From an uncultured Verrucomicrobia subdivision 3 bacterium (GTDB lineage Bacteria > Verrucomicrobiota > Verrucomicrobiia > Limisphaerales > UBA8199), in contig CAIWMU010000213.1 of NCBI GenBank assembly GCA_903913865.1, positions 26,854 to 90,853 of the forward strand: a stretch of 64,000 nucleotides of DNA. Reading direction: 5' to 3'. Positions 43,525 through 52,889 of the stretch are shown one piece after another. Below the pieces are notes generated by a model. It was not told the DNA's origin. It made no database searches and worked only from the letters and a program-made list of their open reading frames with translations. Every line of letters starts with the position of its first letter. Position 1 is the first letter of the stretch. Made by a program: the position numbers and the translations under genes.

Positions 43525-44733
43525 TTAGCGGGCCAGTTCGAAAGCGAACCCCTTCAGGTATTCGGTTTCCGGTATGGCCGGGATGATCGGATGGTCTGGA
43601 GATTGGTGATAAGTGGAAATCTGGCGCAGAACCTTGTGGGCATCATATGCGGCCGCCATGATGGATTCCATGAACAACCCTGCGTCGACATGGTGCGAGC
43701 AGCAGAACGTGGCAAGTATCCCGCCCGGTTTGAGCAACTTGAGTGCCCGCAGGTGAATTTCCTTGTAGCCTCGCAAGGCATCGTTCACGGAGGCCCGGTT
43801 GCGGGTGAAAGAGGGAGGATCCAGAATGATCAAGTCCCACCGGGGAACGACCTTTTCGTGTGGGTTGGTTGCGGTTTGGGCTTTCAGCCAGTCAAAAACG
43901 TTCACTTCCTCGAAAGTGCAGCGGTCAGCCACCCCGTTTGACACCGCGTTCTTACGGGCCCGGGTCAGAGCATCCGCGCTCTGGTCCAGCATGTGGACAT
44001 GGGCTGCCCCCGATCGGGCGGCATGAAGGCCGAACCCGCCGAGGAAACTGAAGCAATCCAGCACCTGACGCCCGGCAGCCCATGTGGCGACTGCCTGATA
44101 GTTCGTCTGTTGATCCAGATAAAGGCCGGTCTTATGGCCCGCCACCAGGTCCACCTCGAAATTGATACCGTTCAACTTGATCGCCACCGGCCCATCCTGA
44201 GTCCCGTAAATGGCTCCGTTGGCCTCGCCCAGCCCTTCGAACTTCCGGGATCCGATGTCGTTCCGCTCCAGAATAGCGCGGGGGTTCAACAATTCCCGCA
44301 ACACCTCGATGATGATGGGCTTGCGGGAATCCATCCCCAGGGATGATGTCTGCAGCACCACCACATCCTCGTATTTGTCGATCACCAAACCGCTCAGGAA
44401 GTCGCTCTCGGCATTCACAACCCGGAATGAAGTGGCTCCCGGCATGTGCCGGCGCCTAAGTTCCAGTGCGCGGCTGATCTGGGTGCGGAAAAAGGCGGCG
44501 TCGATTTCGATCCGGTCCGGCGAGAGAATGCGCACGAGAATCTTCGACTTGGAATTGAAGAATCCAACACCGATGAACCGTTGCCGGTGGTCCTTGACCT
44601 GAACCACCTCCCCGTCGATGGCGGGTTGGGTGAGGCGCTGCACGGCTCCTTGATAAACCCAAGGGTGGCCCGCCAGCAGGCGGTCGGCTTCGCCGGGTCT
44701 AAGCAAAACGGTCGGCATCGTTTTCGTGATCAT
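43525..44733 (-). CDS. rlmI: Class I SAM-dependent 23S rRNA (cytosine-C5) methyltransferase, RlmI-like.
   Basis: The PUA-like N-terminus is LRPGEADRLLAGHPWVYQGAV. The SAM motif is VLDCFSFLGGFG. ILDPPSF is also present. The start is ATG 44733 or 44718. Confidence 0.8.
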   Translation of the reverse strand: MITKTMPTVLLRPGEADRLLAGHPWVYQGAVQRLTQPAIDGEVVQVKDHRQRFIGVGFFNSKSKILVRILSPDRIEIDAAFFRTQISRALELRRRHMPGATSFRVVNAESDFLSGLVIDKYEDVVVLQTSSLGMDSRKPIIIEVLRELLNPRAILERNDIGSRKFEGLGEANGAIYGTQDGPVAIKLNGINFEVDLVAGHKTGLYLDQQTNYQAVATWAAGRQVLDCFSFLGGFGLHAARSGAAHVHMLDQSADALTRARKNAVSNGVADRCTFEEVNVFDWLKAQTATNPHEKVVPRWDLIILDPPSFTRNRASVNDALRGYKEIHLRALKLLKPGGILATFCCSHHVDAGLFMESIMAAAYDAHKVLRQISTYHQSPDHPIIPAIPETEYLKGFAFELAR

Positions 44734-44886
44734 GGTAATAAAGGTAACCTGTCTCCCGCCATAAACGCTGGCGTTCCTCAACATACGAGAAATGTCCGCA
44801 TCCCGAAAGCTTCAAATCCGCCCTTTGACGGGAATCGGAGAGTGCCTGCCCCCGCCTCAACCCCAGACTCCTGGTCCACGGGATGC

Positions 44887-44917
44887 AAAAAGGGGGTGCC
44901 GAAGCTTCGGCACCCCC
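44887..44917 (-). terminator. Rho-independent terminator after the 651-aa exported protein gene.
   Basis: gggggtgccgaagcttcggcaccccc is a 26-nt perfect palindrome. On the minus strand it is followed by ttttt. Confidence 0.85.
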
Positions 44918-44946
44918 ATGTTTGGAGAATCAGGGCCTGCTCACCA

Positions 44947-46902
44947 TCAGAAGTTCACCTGAACAGGCGCGCTCGTGGCGGCCGCCTTCGTGGCATCCGT
45001 GACGTCGGTCGCTGTGATTGTGTGTGAATTTCCAGCATCACCCAGCGTGAGGGAGAAGGTGGCGGTTCCACTGCTCAATGCGGCATCCGCAGGCAGGAAT
45101 GCGAAGGCATCAGTGCTGGTGATCTTCACAGTGTCGCTCACATCCGTGATCACGTGCCAGGTTTCATCGACGGCGTTTACAACAATGTTGAACGGAACGG
45201 TGGCCTGCTGGGGAGTCGGGGTCCCGGTCTTGCCCGTGGCTGTGTCCGGGGCCGCAGTTTCACCCGGGAGGAGGATCTGCAGCTTTGTGAAGGGCCGTTT
45301 GGTGAGCCGATAATAATTTTGGTTTCCAAGCCCCGCGCCCGGAATCAAATTACGCACCTTGCTACCAATCGTATAGGAACTGGAAATGGCAGCGTTGCCC
45401 CAGACCCCGGTGACTGCCGGTGCACTCTGGGCGATGAATCCCCTGGCCGGCAAGGTCCAATCCAGGACCCAAGCGGTGCCCGGCGGAACATACTGCACCG
45501 CGCTGGCGGATGTTTTGCGCCAGGCGTTGTTATTGGTGAGCGTGGCACCGCTGAATTGATCATCGAACGGAGCAGCTCCGCCGGTGAATGCGACCCTGCT
45601 AAGCGTGCCGGCGCTCTGGTTGTTGTGCCCATCGTTCGCTCCGTCGTTCTTAAACATGCCGAACTGGAGGAAGGAAGTGACCGGGCTGAAATTGCTCAAC
45701 ACGGCATCCTCGGGCATGGTGAAATTTGTGGCTGACAGCCCGGGACCCGTCAGGTTGCCGTGTGTAGCGTCCGTAAAAGTCACCGTCCAGGTTCCAACGG
45801 GGCTGGGGGCAAAGGCGATTACCGGGATATTCGTTGAGTTGGCGGCAGGATAGTTCGTCTTCCACTGAATCTGAGCCATCGCATCGTAGGTGACGTTGGT
45901 GGTGATCGTAAGGTCCTGGTTCGTCACGTGCAATTCGGAGCGATGGTTCTCCACGCGGAAAATGAAGATGTCCGGCACGGTCCAATCCGGAGCTCCGCCG
46001 GTTTGGTCGTTGGCGGAAGATGTGTCGCCATTGGCGAGGTAGATATGGGCTTCGAAGCCAAGATGGGATTTGATCGCCGGGAAGTCCGCGATTGTCAGCG
46101 AGTAGCTCACAGGATAGGAACCTTGGGATGCCCACGTGTAGGGGCCGCCGCCGGAGGGGGTGCTTATGGCATTGCGCTGCCACTGGGAGCCATTGTCATC
46201 CATGGTGATCACAGCCCCGGTCGGGCCGGCTTTTTTCAACTCCAACGTGGGCGGCGGAATGACGACCGGGACGGTGGGCTTGGTTATCGAGACGTTATCG
46301 ATGTTGAACGTCAGCGTGTTGGTCTGCGCTCCGTTGGACCACATTTTGAAGTAAAAGCCGACCACCTTCTCGAGGCCCGCCATCGTCGGATTGAGCGGGC
46401 GACTGACATGCGTCCAATTCGTCGCGGTCAGAGGAATGGTGAAAGTGGGAAGTCCCACAGTGCCCCACCCATCTGTCACCAGTCCGATTTCCAGAGGTCC
46501 GTAATTGCCACCTGAGACGATGGGAAAGCTGGAGGGATCGACTTTGATATCGAAGGAGTAATTGGTGTAAGTCGTGGCGTCGATCTTGTAACCACCGTCC
46601 CAACCCCAGCGGTTGGCGATGGTGAAAAAGGTCATGAATTGTTCGCCCGCTGCTCCCGTGAAGGCTGCCGAATACCGGGCGGAGCCTGAATTCGCATCGT
46701 TGGCCGAATCCAAGGCACCGTCCCAAGTCATCGTCGGGGTCGTAGGTCCCCACCAGGTTGCAAACGAAGCCGTGCTGCCGGTGGCGTCAAAGGTGTTGGT
46801 TGGGTTGGTGTTCTGCGCCAGACCGAGGGCGGTCGAGGCCATCAGGGCAGCGCCGGACAAGCCGACGCTCAGCATGCGCTGTAAGTCTAATGTTTTTTTC
46901 AT
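44947..46902 (-). CDS. Exported 651-aa protein of unknown function, with a CBM-like N-terminal beta-sandwich and an Ig-like C-terminal domain.
   Basis: The signal peptide is MKKTLDLQRMLSVGLSGAALMASTALGLA. The composition is rich in T/N/G/W beta segments. The C-terminal VKITSTD...ATFSLTLGDAGNSHTITATDV resembles bacterial Ig-like domains. I recognise no enzyme motif. Confidence 0.7.
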   Translation of the reverse strand: MKKTLDLQRMLSVGLSGAALMASTALGLAQNTNPTNTFDATGSTASFATWWGPTTPTMTWDGALDSANDANSGSARYSAAFTGAAGEQFMTFFTIANRWGWDGGYKIDATTYTNYSFDIKVDPSSFPIVSGGNYGPLEIGLVTDGWGTVGLPTFTIPLTATNWTHVSRPLNPTMAGLEKVVGFYFKMWSNGAQTNTLTFNIDNVSITKPTVPVVIPPPTLELKKAGPTGAVITMDDNGSQWQRNAISTPSGGGPYTWASQGSYPVSYSLTIADFPAIKSHLGFEAHIYLANGDTSSANDQTGGAPDWTVPDIFIFRVENHRSELHVTNQDLTITTNVTYDAMAQIQWKTNYPAANSTNIPVIAFAPSPVGTWTVTFTDATHGNLTGPGLSATNFTMPEDAVLSNFSPVTSFLQFGMFKNDGANDGHNNQSAGTLSRVAFTGGAAPFDDQFSGATLTNNNAWRKTSASAVQYVPPGTAWVLDWTLPARGFIAQSAPAVTGVWGNAAISSSYTIGSKVRNLIPGAGLGNQNYYRLTKRPFTKLQILLPGETAAPDTATGKTGTPTPQQATVPFNIVVNAVDETWHVITDVSDTVKITSTDAFAFLPADAALSSGTATFSLTLGDAGNSHTITATDVTDATKAAATSAPVQVNF

Positions 46903-46933
46903 AGGGGATTTATCAGGTGTTTATGTTTACTGA

Positions 46934-47428
46934 CTAGGCAATCTGCCACGCTGCATCTGGCAGGCGACAGACTGCACATTCATTCGTGAGACAGAAACGA
47001 GTGGGGAGATCTGACATTATGTATTGCGTCGCTAAAAGCGCGGCGCTTCTCACGTGTAGGGGAAAATTTTCAGAGACGTTATATCGATTGGTTTGGGTTC
47101 CATCGTGCGAGGTGTTTCCCTCCCAGGACCAGCGGTTGGGGAACGTGCGGAAGGCCACGGTTTGCTCACTGGAGCCAATGACGGGGGGGATTGGAAACCA
47201 AAACAAACTGCGGGCTCCATCATTGTTGAAATCGATCGTCGAATCGCAGCTTGCCTGCCGCCTGAGGCCCAACGGATTGGGGCAGAATTCTGTCCTGCCG
47301 CTACTTTCGTGATTTTGAATCCAGTTTGCAGTTTGATCCGACGCGCTGATTGTCAGCGGTCCGAAGGCGATACCCAAGGCGACGATCTGAAGCCATAGGT
47401 TGGCGATGTGGAGTGTCTTGTCGCGCAT
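46934..47428 (-). CDS. 164-aa exported fragment paralogous to the N-terminus of the downstream 651-aa protein. It may be decaying.
   Basis: The signal is MRDKTLHIANLWLQIVALGIAFG. DFNNDG..EQTVAFRTFPNRWSWEGN aligns with DSANDA..EQFMTFFTIANRWGWDGG of the neighbour. The C-terminal third has low GC and no similarity. Confidence 0.4.
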   Translation of the reverse strand: MRDKTLHIANLWLQIVALGIAFGPLTISASDQTANWIQNHESSGRTEFCPNPLGLRRQASCDSTIDFNNDGARSLFWFPIPPVIGSSEQTVAFRTFPNRWSWEGNTSHDGTQTNRYNVSENFPLHVRSAALLATQYIMSDLPTRFCLTNECAVCRLPDAAWQIA

Positions 47429-48085
47429 GTTTATCTGTGTTGAGGGTTTGAGCCCCAACCTGTTGGCTCCACAGAGGCGGCATCAGCCATAAATAATCGT
47501 GCTGCAGGATGGACATGGATTCCTGCTCCTAACTTTTGCACCGTGATGACACAAAGAGTGACTGTCATATGGCTTAGCTGATTCCCACTTTATGCAATTG
47601 GGCGGAAAGAATCCACAAGAGTTTTTCATCATGGATCAGTCCGTCTGGAGGCGGGGCAGGGGGAGCGATGTAAACTTCGGATCGGAGGGTTGGGTAGCGG
47701 ACGCAATTTGATCGCCAGCAATGCTCCCGCACACTTTGGCGCGGGCTCAAATTTTTCTCACTTTTGCACTTGAGAAGCCGCAGGATGGGGCGATAATGAA
47801 TGTGTGGTAGGCGCGTGAGCGTGCCTTGTTCTTTGGTTGGAAGTTCTAGGGGAGTAAAATTTGATTTACCCTGCCTATGCTCGTGAAAAGAAACTATGTC
47901 CTTGGACCGTAAGTTAACACTATAGGGGCTTAGACCGTGCTTGTGGCCGACAGGCCTTTACTGGAAGTCGAAAACAGCCCGGAGAGTCTCATCTGTTTCT
48001 AAAGAAGTTCAATGGAACTGTTGTACACGGCACTGGCGGGGTTTTTTTATTTCAAGGAAGCCCCCCGTGATGCTAACCTGAATCC

Positions 48086-49471
48086 ATGGCGCAGCATGAG
48101 CTGTTCCCCGCAGCGGACACAGGGGATTCCGTTACCAACCAGAGAAAGGAAGGGGACGGCTTTTCCCATATCCCTCTGGCAGCGCGAATGCGCCCCCGAA
48201 CTCTTAGCGAATACATCGGCCAGAGCCACATTCTCGGCCCGGGCCATCTGCTGCGCCGGGCGATTGAAGCCGATCGAATTCAATCCCTGATTTTTTTCGG
48301 TCCTCCGGGCACGGGGAAAACGAGTCTTGCCCACATTATTGCCCAGCAAACAAAGAGCCGTTTTGAGCGGCTGAGCGGGGTTGAGTCCAATGTGGCGGAG
48401 ATGAGGCGTGTCCTGGCTTCTGCCGCCAATCGGCTTGAAAACACCGGCCAATCGACCATTCTGTTTGTCGATGAGATTCACCGTTTCAACAAGGCACAGC
48501 AGGATGTGCTGCTGCCGGATGTTGAGTCCGGTGTTGTCCGGTTGATCGGGGCCACGACTCACAATCCGTTTTTCTTTGTCAATTCACCTCTTGTCTCGCG
48601 GTCCCAGATTTTTGAGTTGCGGCCGCTGGGTGAAGAGGAGTTGCTCGGCCTTTTGAATCGCGCCCTTGGGGATGGAGAGAGGGGCTTGGGCTACCTGAAG
48701 ATTCGTGCGGATGAGGAGGCCCTTCGCCATCTGTCGAGAATATCCGATGGGGATGCGCGAAAGGCTCTGAACGCCCTTGAAATCGCAGCGCTGACGACAA
48801 ATCCGGAACAGACGGGGGAAATACATCTGACATTGGAGGTTGCCGAGCAGAGCATTCAAAAGAAGGCCGTTGTTTATGATGACGAGGACGCTCATTACGA
48901 CACGATCTCGGCCTTCATCAAATCCATGCGTGGCAGCGATCCGGACGCCGCTCTCTACTGGCTCGCCAAGATGATCCACGCCGGGGAGGATCCCCGTTTT
49001 ATCGCCCGGCGGCTGGTCATCCACGCAGCTGAGGATGTGGGGTTGGCAGACCCGATGGCGTTGGTTCTGGCTCAGGCAGCCACACAGGTGGCGGAGTTTG
49101 TGGGATGGCCCGAAGCGCGCATTCCCCTCGCGGAAGCGACGATCTACATCGCCACAGCCTTCAAGAGCAACAGCGTCGTGAAGTCGATCGATGCCGCCCT
49201 GGAGGATGTGCGCACCGGTCGCACCCTGCCGGTTCCGGAGCACTTGCGGGATGGGACGTATGCCGGTGCAAAGAGGCTTGGGCACGGGCAGGGTTATCAA
49301 TATGCGCATGATCATCCGGGCCATTTTGTGGCGCAGGACCACCTCGGCGCGGTGCGAAGGTATTATGAACCGACGGAGCAGGGAGTGGAGAAAAAGATAA
49401 GGGACAGGGTGTTGAAGTGGAGGGAGCAGGTGAATGAGGCCCGCACAAAGGCCGATGGGGGGGGACAGTGA
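48086..49471 (+). CDS. rarA: Replication-associated recombination protein A (AAA+ ATPase).
   Basis: Segments seen: ARMRPRTLSEYIGQSHILG, the Walker A motif FFGPPGTGKTSLA, LFVDEIHRFNKAQQD, GATTHNP and the MgsA C-terminal YWLAKMIHAGEDPRFIARR. Confidence 0.92.
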   Translation: MAQHELFPAADTGDSVTNQRKEGDGFSHIPLAARMRPRTLSEYIGQSHILGPGHLLRRAIEADRIQSLIFFGPPGTGKTSLAHIIAQQTKSRFERLSGVESNVAEMRRVLASAANRLENTGQSTILFVDEIHRFNKAQQDVLLPDVESGVVRLIGATTHNPFFFVNSPLVSRSQIFELRPLGEEELLGLLNRALGDGERGLGYLKIRADEEALRHLSRISDGDARKALNALEIAALTTNPEQTGEIHLTLEVAEQSIQKKAVVYDDEDAHYDTISAFIKSMRGSDPDAALYWLAKMIHAGEDPRFIARRLVIHAAEDVGLADPMALVLAQAATQVAEFVGWPEARIPLAEATIYIATAFKSNSVVKSIDAALEDVRTGRTLPVPEHLRDGTYAGAKRLGHGQGYQYAHDHPGHFVAQDHLGAVRRYYEPTEQGVEKKIRDRVLKWREQVNEARTKADGGGQ

Positions 49472-50082
49472 CGGTGGATGCAACCGAATCCATTGCCGCG
49501 CAGAAGGCACGGATGCGGACCGAGATGCGTGGGCGTTTGGACAGGGTAGATTCCCTGGCGAGATGTGAGGGATCCGCTCTGGCCGGGAATCGATTACTGG
49601 CCCAGGAGGTTTGGTGTTCGGCACGGACGGTGGGCTTTTTTGTCCCGTTGCCGGACGAAATGGATGTGTGGCTCTGGATGGTTACCGCTCTTGAGTCTGG
49701 TAAAAACGTCGCTCTTCCGGCGTTTGATCCGATTCGTAGAACATATGGGATGCGCCAGATTCGTGATCCGGGGAGTGATTTGGTTGCGGGACGTTATGGG
49801 GTGATGGAGCCGGGGGGGCATTGTGGGGAGGTGGAATTAAACCGGCTGGACTTGATCCTTGTCCCCGGGTTAGCATTCGATGTGCGGGGTCATCGGCTCG
49901 GGCGGGGTAAAGGGTATTTTGACCGGATGCTGGAGGGGGTAGGCGCCGTGAAGTGCGGCGTGGGTCTTGATGAGCAGATCGTGGACTACATCCCTGTGGA
50001 ACCGCATGATGAGATAATGACTTGCATTTTGACACCTACGCGCTGGATTCGGATTGAAGAACAGGGTCGGGTTGTGGAATGA
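49468..50082 (+). CDS. 5-formyltetrahydrofolate cyclo-ligase.
   Basis: Segments seen: KARMRTEMR, VALPAF, YGVMEP and LILVPGLAFDVRGHRLGRGKGYFDR. A 4-nt overlap joins it to rarA. Confidence 0.85.
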   Translation: MTVDATESIAAQKARMRTEMRGRLDRVDSLARCEGSALAGNRLLAQEVWCSARTVGFFVPLPDEMDVWLWMVTALESGKNVALPAFDPIRRTYGMRQIRDPGSDLVAGRYGVMEPGGHCGEVELNRLDLILVPGLAFDVRGHRLGRGKGYFDRMLEGVGAVKCGVGLDEQIVDYIPVEPHDEIMTCILTPTRWIRIEEQGRVVE

Positions 50083-51641
50083 CTTTTTGGTACAAAATAA
50101 TGGAGCTTACCGGGACGCTTGTGATGGGCGCCGTGGCGTGCTATTTGCTTCTCTGGTGGCGGGATCGGAGTCTGAAGCGCGTGCGAATCCTCGAAACTGA
50201 GGCCATCCTGTCGAAGGCGGGCCGTGAGGCGGAGGTTATCCTTAGGGATGCCCGCCTTCTCGCCAGCCAGGAATCAATCCAACTCAGGCAGCACATTGAG
50301 GAATCCTTTGCCGCTCGGCGGCTTGAGCGTGCGGAACTTGAGAAGCGGCTTGGGGAGCGGGAGGGGTTGATCAATTCCCAGTTGCAGCGGATTGTGGAGG
50401 CGGAGAAGGCGTTGCTTCTACAAAAGGACGAGGTCAAGCAAACGCAGCAGGAAGCAATGAAACGGGAGGTTGAGGCCTCAGAGCGGTTGAAGCAGGTGCG
50501 GGAGCAGTTGCAGATCGTCTCGGGCCTGAGCGAATTTGAAGCCCGGGAGGCTCTTCTCAGACGGGTGGAACAGGAGGCGCTCCAGCATGCAAACACCCTT
50601 TCGCGGCACATTGTGGAGGAGGCTAAAGCCCGCGCCGAAGAGAAAGCCCGCCAGATCATTTGCATCGCCATCCAGCGCTATGCCGGAAGCCAGACGATCG
50701 ACAATACCACTGCCAGCATCGCCTTGAACGGTGATGAGATCAAAGGACGCATCATTGGCAGGGAGGGCCGTAATATCAGGGCATTTGAGGCGGCGACGGG
50801 CGTGACCGTGTTGATCGAGGATGCCCCGGCGGCAGTTCTGCTCTCCGGATTTGACCCTGTGCGCCGGGAGGTGGCCAGGGAGGCAATGGTGCGGTTGATC
50901 GCCGATGGACGGATTCACCCCACGCGTATTGAAGAGGTCGTCGGGTTGGTGAATCAGGAGATGAACGAGTCGATCACGCGGCTGGGTGAGGATGCTGTCA
51001 GGCGGACCGGGTTGCCCCCCATGCAGATCGAGGTCGTCAAATTGTTGGGCCGGTTGCATTTTCGCAGAAGTTACTGCCAGAATATTCTGGAACATTCCAT
51101 AGAGGTGGCGCATCTCGTGGGATTAATGGCGGCCGAGATGGGCCTCGATGTTCAGACCGCAAAGCGGGTCGGGCTTTTGCACGACATTGGCAAGGCCGTA
51201 GATCATGAGATTGAGGGGCCTCACGCGGTGACGGGTGCCGAGATCATCAAACGCCATGGGGAACTGGAACCTGTGGTCAACGGAGTGGCCTCCCACCATA
51301 ATGATGTGCCTGCCATTGGTCCCTGGGGAAGTCTGGTGAGTGCTGCCGATGCCATCAGCGCCTCCCGACCCGGTGCCCGTTCTGAAAGCATGTCCACCTA
51401 TTTGAGGCGGATTGAAGATCTGGAGAAGATCGCCACCAGTTGTGCCGGGGTGGAAAAGGCTTATGCACTCCAGGCAGGCAGGGAGTTGAGAGTCTTTGTT
51501 CAACCCGGCGAGATCAACGATGATCAGGCCTACGCGCTCGCCCGCAGCCTGGCGACCCGTGTGGAGAGTGAGTTGCAATATCCCGGACAGATCAAGATCA
51601 CAGTGATCCGGGAGACCCGTTGCATTGAAGTGGCCAAGTAA
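50079..51641 (+). CDS. rny: Ribonuclease Y.
   Basis: It has an N-terminal TM helix, a long coiled coil, the KH motif IIGREGRNIRAFE and the HD domain LLHDIGKA..HH. Confidence 0.92.
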   Translation: MTFWYKIMELTGTLVMGAVACYLLLWWRDRSLKRVRILETEAILSKAGREAEVILRDARLLASQESIQLRQHIEESFAARRLERAELEKRLGEREGLINSQLQRIVEAEKALLLQKDEVKQTQQEAMKREVEASERLKQVREQLQIVSGLSEFEAREALLRRVEQEALQHANTLSRHIVEEAKARAEEKARQIICIAIQRYAGSQTIDNTTASIALNGDEIKGRIIGREGRNIRAFEAATGVTVLIEDAPAAVLLSGFDPVRREVAREAMVRLIADGRIHPTRIEEVVGLVNQEMNESITRLGEDAVRRTGLPPMQIEVVKLLGRLHFRRSYCQNILEHSIEVAHLVGLMAAEMGLDVQTAKRVGLLHDIGKAVDHEIEGPHAVTGAEIIKRHGELEPVVNGVASHHNDVPAIGPWGSLVSAADAISASRPGARSESMSTYLRRIEDLEKIATSCAGVEKAYALQAGRELRVFVQPGEINDDQAYALARSLATRVESELQYPGQIKITVIRETRCIEVAK

Positions 51642-51790
51642 CACGATGGCTTCCTCGCACTGGTCCCGGGGTTTTCGGGCGTGCGACCTCTGGCGGACCA
51701 TTCAACCCGAATATCCAACACACCCTACCCATGTCCAGCCCGCGACAATGTTCACTTGGGATTCACCTGACGCAGGAGGTTTGATCTGGT

Positions 51791-51826
51791 AAACAAAACA
51801 GGCGCGAAGGTGAACCCTCGCGCCTG
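51791..51826 (-). terminator. Rho-independent terminator after the small lipoprotein gene.
   Basis: The minus strand reads caggcgcga / 10-nt loop / tcgcgcctg followed by ttttgttt. Confidence 0.75.
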
Positions 51827-51849
51827 TGATTAAGAGGAGAAATGACGGG

Positions 51850-52023
51850 CTATCTGCCTTCGGTCATGCTGCTCGGCAGGCCGGTCTCCCAGGATTTGGG
51901 AGCATTCCAAGGGCGAACCGAAGCGTTATCCACATCTGTGCTGGCGCAACCGGTTAGAGAACCGAGAGTTGCAACGGCAAAGCAGCAGAGCAACAATCTG
52001 AAAATCCAGACCGGAAGCTTCAT
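51850..52023 (-). CDS. 57-aa lipoprotein, absent from the supplied ORF track.
   Basis: Hand translation gives MKLPVWIFRLLLCCFAVATLGSLTGCASTDVDNASVRPWNAPKSWETGLPSSMTEGR. The lipobox is LTGC. The ATG overlaps the upstream TGA (ATGA at 52020-52023). A terminator follows. Confidence 0.6.
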   Translation of the reverse strand: MKLPVWIFRLLLCCFAVATLGSLTGCASTDVDNASVRPWNAPKSWETGLPSSMTEGR

Positions 52024-52787
52024 GAAGCGGGATTTGCAGGGATGACCTGATCGCCCTCAAGCACTTCACTGAGCTGCCATCCGGGGAGAACGTTGGCGAT
52101 GCTGCGATCCTTCTGAACAGTGCGAACCTTCACTTTGGCGACGAGCTTGCCGTCCCGGTTGATCAAAAGCTCACCGTGTTCAAGCACGCCCTGATCTTCG
52201 CCGACATTGATGATGACGAAATTCCACTTTGGATCGCTCACGAGCACTTTGCCGCGAAGGGTGGGGGGCAGGGGAACCACATACTCTGCAGTTTTGTAAA
52301 CTTCGAGCTCGTTCTTGAGGCGCTTGATAGTTTGGCCCAACGTTGTGTTTTCGGCACGGGTTCCATCAAGGGTGGCCTGCAGGTTCTTGAACTCCTTGTT
52401 AAAAGCGATGATCTGCTCCGGTTTCACACCTGTCGCCGTATAAGCGGCCAGTTCGGCCTGGGCATCATCCCGCTCTTTGGTGCGCTTGCCCAGATCCTCT
52501 GCCAGCTTGGTGGCCTTTTTGGTTGCATCGTCGGCCGCTTTCACAGCAGAGTTGCGCTCATTGGTGGTGGTTTCCAGAGTGTCCTTGGTGGACTTCAACT
52601 CCGCACTGGTCTTGACGAGTTCCTTCTTCGTCTTGTCACGATCCGTCTCAGCGGCAGCGCGACCGGCTTTCTCAGTCTCCCAATTGGTGTGGAGCGTGGT
52701 GATTTTGTCTTTCACCATCGTAAAGTTCAGTGCGCCAACCGCCAAAGAGGCGATGATGGCCAATGTCAAACTGATTCGGAGCAACAT
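52020..52787 (-). CDS. Membrane-anchored coiled-coil protein with a C-terminal beta domain; function unknown.
   Basis: The N-terminal TM helix is MLLRISLTLAIIASLAVGAL. About 130 aa of K/E/T-rich coiled coil follows. The C-terminus is GKVLVSDPKWNFVIINVGEDQGVLEHGELLINRDGKLVAKVKV. Confidence 0.65.
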   Translation of the reverse strand: MLLRISLTLAIIASLAVGALNFTMVKDKITTLHTNWETEKAGRAAAETDRDKTKKELVKTSAELKSTKDTLETTTNERNSAVKAADDATKKATKLAEDLGKRTKERDDAQAELAAYTATGVKPEQIIAFNKEFKNLQATLDGTRAENTTLGQTIKRLKNELEVYKTAEYVVPLPPTLRGKVLVSDPKWNFVIINVGEDQGVLEHGELLINRDGKLVAKVKVRTVQKDRSIANVLPGWQLSEVLEGDQVIPANPAS

Positions 52788-52889
52788 GATCTTAGTCGGT
52801 TTACTTGTTGAGTCGAAATCGTAGAGGGTGCGTGTGGAAGTGTCAACGTTGCTTTGCCATTTTTCAGCAAATCGATGCTGTTAGTTTTC

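Noticed and set aside
47429-48085. Possible tmRNA, RNase P RNA, SRP RNA or tRNA in the low-GC orphan region.
   Set aside because: I looked by eye for a tmRNA 5' GGGG...UUCGAC start with a 3' T-arm/CCA end and an ...ALAA tag frame. I also looked for RNase P GAGGAAAGUCCGGGC, the SRP GGAA-tetraloop/AGCAGCC helix, and a tRNA GTTCRANYC T-loop. None is present. A novel sRNA is not excluded (see findings).
48012-48290. A 92-aa plus-strand ORF starting in the orphan region and running into rarA out of frame.
   Set aside because: It overlaps the well-supported rarA frame and has an implausible composition. The rarA ATG at 48086 gives a canonical N-terminus.
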